DNA of 64,000 nucleotides from Xylographa opegraphella. Its lineage: Eukaryota. Of the stretch, positions 61,441 through 64,000 are shown piece after piece. Below the pieces are notes generated by a model. That model ran no database searches. It saw nothing but the letters and a program-made list of their open reading frames with translations, and was not told the DNA's origin. The DNA lies in assembly GCA_022813865.1 (NCBI GenBank), contig JALDZX010000042.1, forward strand, positions 124,001 to 188,000, written 5' to 3'. Positions within the stretch are counted from its first letter, which is position 1; the number at the start of each line of letters is the position of its first letter. A program made the position numbers and the translations under genes.

Positions 61441-63897
61441 ATGGCATCACATACCCGTCCCCCGTATGTACCACAAACCCCTCAGCATGTTGCGGATCTC
61501 CTCCTGAATCTCGAGGCCGGGATCAAGAAGAGCAGAGGCGGTTTCTCTTGTAAAAAGTCGACCTTCAAAGTTTCCTCGGCTCATGGCGTGACTGTGGACT
61601 CATGGCGCTTTTCGGACTGGGATTACAAGCGCGATGATTTACCAACTTATGCTCGCGGTTTTTTCACATACAGAACCAAACAAGGGACTCCTGAAATTGC
61701 AGTTAGAGGATACGATAAGTTCTTCAATGTTGGCGAAGTGAACGATACCCATTGGCGGAACGTTGAGACCGGCACCAAAGGACCGTATGAGCTCAGCGTG
61801 AAGGAGAACGGATGCATTATATTCCTTGCAGGCCTCGAAGACGATGTACTGCTAGTGTGCAGCAAGCATTCTACGGGCCCAAGGCAGGACGCAGACCTGA
61901 GCCATGCTGTGGCAGGAGAAAAATGGGTCGACAAGCATTTGGCCGCCATTGGAAAGACGAGGCTAGATCTAGCACGAGAGTTGAGAAACAGAAATATCAC
62001 CGCTGTTGCAGAGCTCTGTGACGACACGTTTGAGGAACACGTTCTTGCTTACGACGAAAAGTCAGCTGGTCTTTATATTCATGGTATGAATCTGAATCTT
62101 CCAGAATTTGTGACTTATCCAGGTCCATTGGTACATGAATTTGCGGATCAATGGGGATTCAAGAAAGCTGAGTATCTATTCAAGGACGACATAGAGACCG
62201 TCAAAACGTTTCTTGACGGTTGTGCAGAAACGGGTTCTTTTGAGGGGAAAGACACCGAGGGGTTCGTCATACGATGCCAAAAAAGCGTCGGTGGTAAGAG
62301 TGGCCCTTACGCTGATTGGTTCTTCAAATATAAGTTTGAAGAGCCATATCTATTGTACAGACAATGGCGCGAGTGTACAAAAGCCATAATTTCCGGAAGG
62401 GTTCCAAAGTACAAAAAGCACAAGAAGATCACAGAAGAATATCTGCTATACGCACGACGTCAACTTGCACAGAATCCGCAACTTGGAAAGGCATATAACG
62501 CTAATCATGGTATAATTAAAATGAGGGATGGGTTTCTGCAGGAACGTGGACTGAAAGCCTCCGATATCATTCGTGATGAGCGCTCCGAGGAACCGCTAAC
62601 CGCTGATATCCTCCGCAATGTGGTTCTGGTTCCTATTGCCACTATTGGATGCGGCAAGACAACTGTTGCCGTAGCCCTGACAAAGCTCTTTGGCTGGGGC
62701 CATATTCAGAATGACAACATAACTGGGCAGAAAGGGCGCCCCAAGCAATTCGCTATTCAGCTGTGCAACAGCATGGCACAGCATGCAGTCGTTATTGCGG
62801 ACCGAAACAACCATCAGAAGCGAGAGCGGAAGCAAATAATTGACGATATATCCCAGGTTGTCCCCGATGTTCGATTTGTTGCACTTCATTACGTTCACGA
62901 CCCAAAATCTCAAATGCTCCCCGAAATACGTAGAGTTACACGCGAAAGGGTACTGAATCGGGGGGACAATCATCAGACAATCCAGGCAGGATCGAAAGAT
63001 CAGTCGGAAATAATTGGTATTATGAATGGCTTTCTGGATCGATTTGAGCCTCTTAACCCTGAGGCTGAGCCAGACAGCGGGTTCGACGAGGTAATCAACC
63101 TGGATGTTATAGAGTCCTCTCGTCATAACCTGGAAACTGTTGTCAATACCCTTCGTGCTGCCTATCCGAAGCTCATTCCGGAAGCACCTACGGCCATGGA
63201 ACTCGACGAGGCAATAGCAGCGGCATTGGATGAATATCAGCCAGATATCAAGCATGATTTGAGTTTTCAATCAAAAAATAATAACAAGGGTCTCGGTGAT
63301 GCACAGAGCTCCAATTGGCGTGAAAATCGGAGAATTGCTCAAGAACCAAAGTCAAAGTCGGACAAGATCGAATACTTTTGTCTTCGGGTCCCAACGACCC
63401 AAATTGTTTCAATCCTTGAATCAACATTTCGTTCGCAAGCCCCGATAGTGTCCAGATTCTATCATCAGCTGCAGCAGACTCGCCGTGTTCAGCCATCGTT
63501 TCACGTCACCCTCATTCACCGAAGTGCTATGCCTCAACATAAGGACCTCTGGCAGCGGCTCACTTCCCTACATATAGGTGCTTCGGCTTCCCAGAATCAC
63601 ATTGCAGAGCCAGTTTTGGGCAAATGCCGTGCCCAACTCGAAAGGGTAGTTTGGGACGACCGGGTGATGTGCATCATTGCACGAATAGTGGATCAGCAAT
63701 GGGAAAGTGTCAACACCGTCCCCCACGTGACGATCGGAACTGCTAGCCCGTCCATCAAACCCAAAGAGAGTAACGACCTGCTATTACGGTGGTTAAACCA
63801 TGGAGCAAGCGAAGAGACTGGTATTCACGATGTCTTACTCCTTGGGGAAGCTGACGTGTATGGGGAGGTGAAGGCTGTGCTGCCCGGGACAAGGTAA
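61441..63897 (+). CDS. TRL1: Fungal trifunctional tRNA ligase (adenylyltransferase, kinase, cyclic phosphodiesterase)
   Basis: RGYDKFFN, KENG (motif I), SKHS, AELCDD.FEEH, EGFV, FFKYK; P-loop GCGKTT; two HxT motifs FHVTL and PHVTI. Confidence 0.96.
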   Translation: MASHTRPPYVPQTPQHVADLLLNLEAGIKKSRGGFSCKKSTFKVSSAHGVTVDSWRFSDWDYKRDDLPTYARGFFTYRTKQGTPEIAVRGYDKFFNVGEVNDTHWRNVETGTKGPYELSVKENGCIIFLAGLEDDVLLVCSKHSTGPRQDADLSHAVAGEKWVDKHLAAIGKTRLDLARELRNRNITAVAELCDDTFEEHVLAYDEKSAGLYIHGMNLNLPEFVTYPGPLVHEFADQWGFKKAEYLFKDDIETVKTFLDGCAETGSFEGKDTEGFVIRCQKSVGGKSGPYADWFFKYKFEEPYLLYRQWRECTKAIISGRVPKYKKHKKITEEYLLYARRQLAQNPQLGKAYNANHGIIKMRDGFLQERGLKASDIIRDERSEEPLTADILRNVVLVPIATIGCGKTTVAVALTKLFGWGHIQNDNITGQKGRPKQFAIQLCNSMAQHAVVIADRNNHQKRERKQIIDDISQVVPDVRFVALHYVHDPKSQMLPEIRRVTRERVLNRGDNHQTIQAGSKDQSEIIGIMNGFLDRFEPLNPEAEPDSGFDEVINLDVIESSRHNLETVVNTLRAAYPKLIPEAPTAMELDEAIAAALDEYQPDIKHDLSFQSKNNNKGLGDAQSSNWRENRRIAQEPKSKSDKIEYFCLRVPTTQIVSILESTFRSQAPIVSRFYHQLQQTRRVQPSFHVTLIHRSAMPQHKDLWQRLTSLHIGASASQNHIAEPVLGKCRAQLERVVWDDRVMCIIARIVDQQWESVNTVPHVTIGTASPSIKPKESNDLLLRWLNHGASEETGIHDVLLLGEADVYGEVKAVLPGTR

Positions 63898-64000
63898 TTG
63901 GGTGATGGAAGACTGGTTCATGGAAAGACCTAGTGGAATGCCATTATGATAGATGACGTGTATGATACAAAAGTTGGGGTTAAAAAAGTTTATGCTTGAT

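Noticed and set aside
62596..63270. 224-aa ORF antisense to TRL1
   Set aside because: Shadow of the TRL1 frame with no motif.
1..64000. tRNA, rRNA, CRISPR arrays, transposases, LTRs or TIRs
   Set aside because: No cloverleaf, spaced-repeat array or transposase/RT motif seen. GGTTCGAATCCC at about 7645 lies inside the MDR coding exon.

Overview
Gene-dense eukaryotic DNA from a filamentous ascomycete (Pezizomycotina). Short GT-AG introns with CTRAY-type branch points occur throughout. A lichen-forming or related lineage is possible but is only a guess. About 27 protein-coding loci can be reconstructed, mostly conserved housekeeping genes, often in tight head-to-head pairs: FAM192A-like, stomatin-like, U1-type Zn-finger, MDR and AKR oxidoreductases, VPS9-ankyrin-PX, TIM44, uS11m, VMA13, DIS3, heme-thiolate peroxygenase, OLA1, Zn2Cys6 TF, uL2m, cyclin B, THOC3, RPP40, DNA2, ODC carrier, ankyrin and TRL1. 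No tRNA, rRNA, CRISPR or recognisable transposon was seen. The best leads are: (1) a candidate C/D-box snoRNA in the long OLA1 intron, with several short antisense tracts to the LSU rRNA peptidyl-transferase centre; (2) an AUG-less, acid-free in-frame N-terminal extension of OLA1 that looks like a mitochondrial presequence, with related cases at the MDR gene and TRL1; (3) two apparently recent pseudogenes, an uncharacterised Zn-ribbon + HEXXH protein and a metallophosphoesterase; (4) recurrent GC-rich patches with a C-to-G skew flip. All family assignments and rRNA comparisons come from motif recognition and recalled reference sequences. No database search was run.
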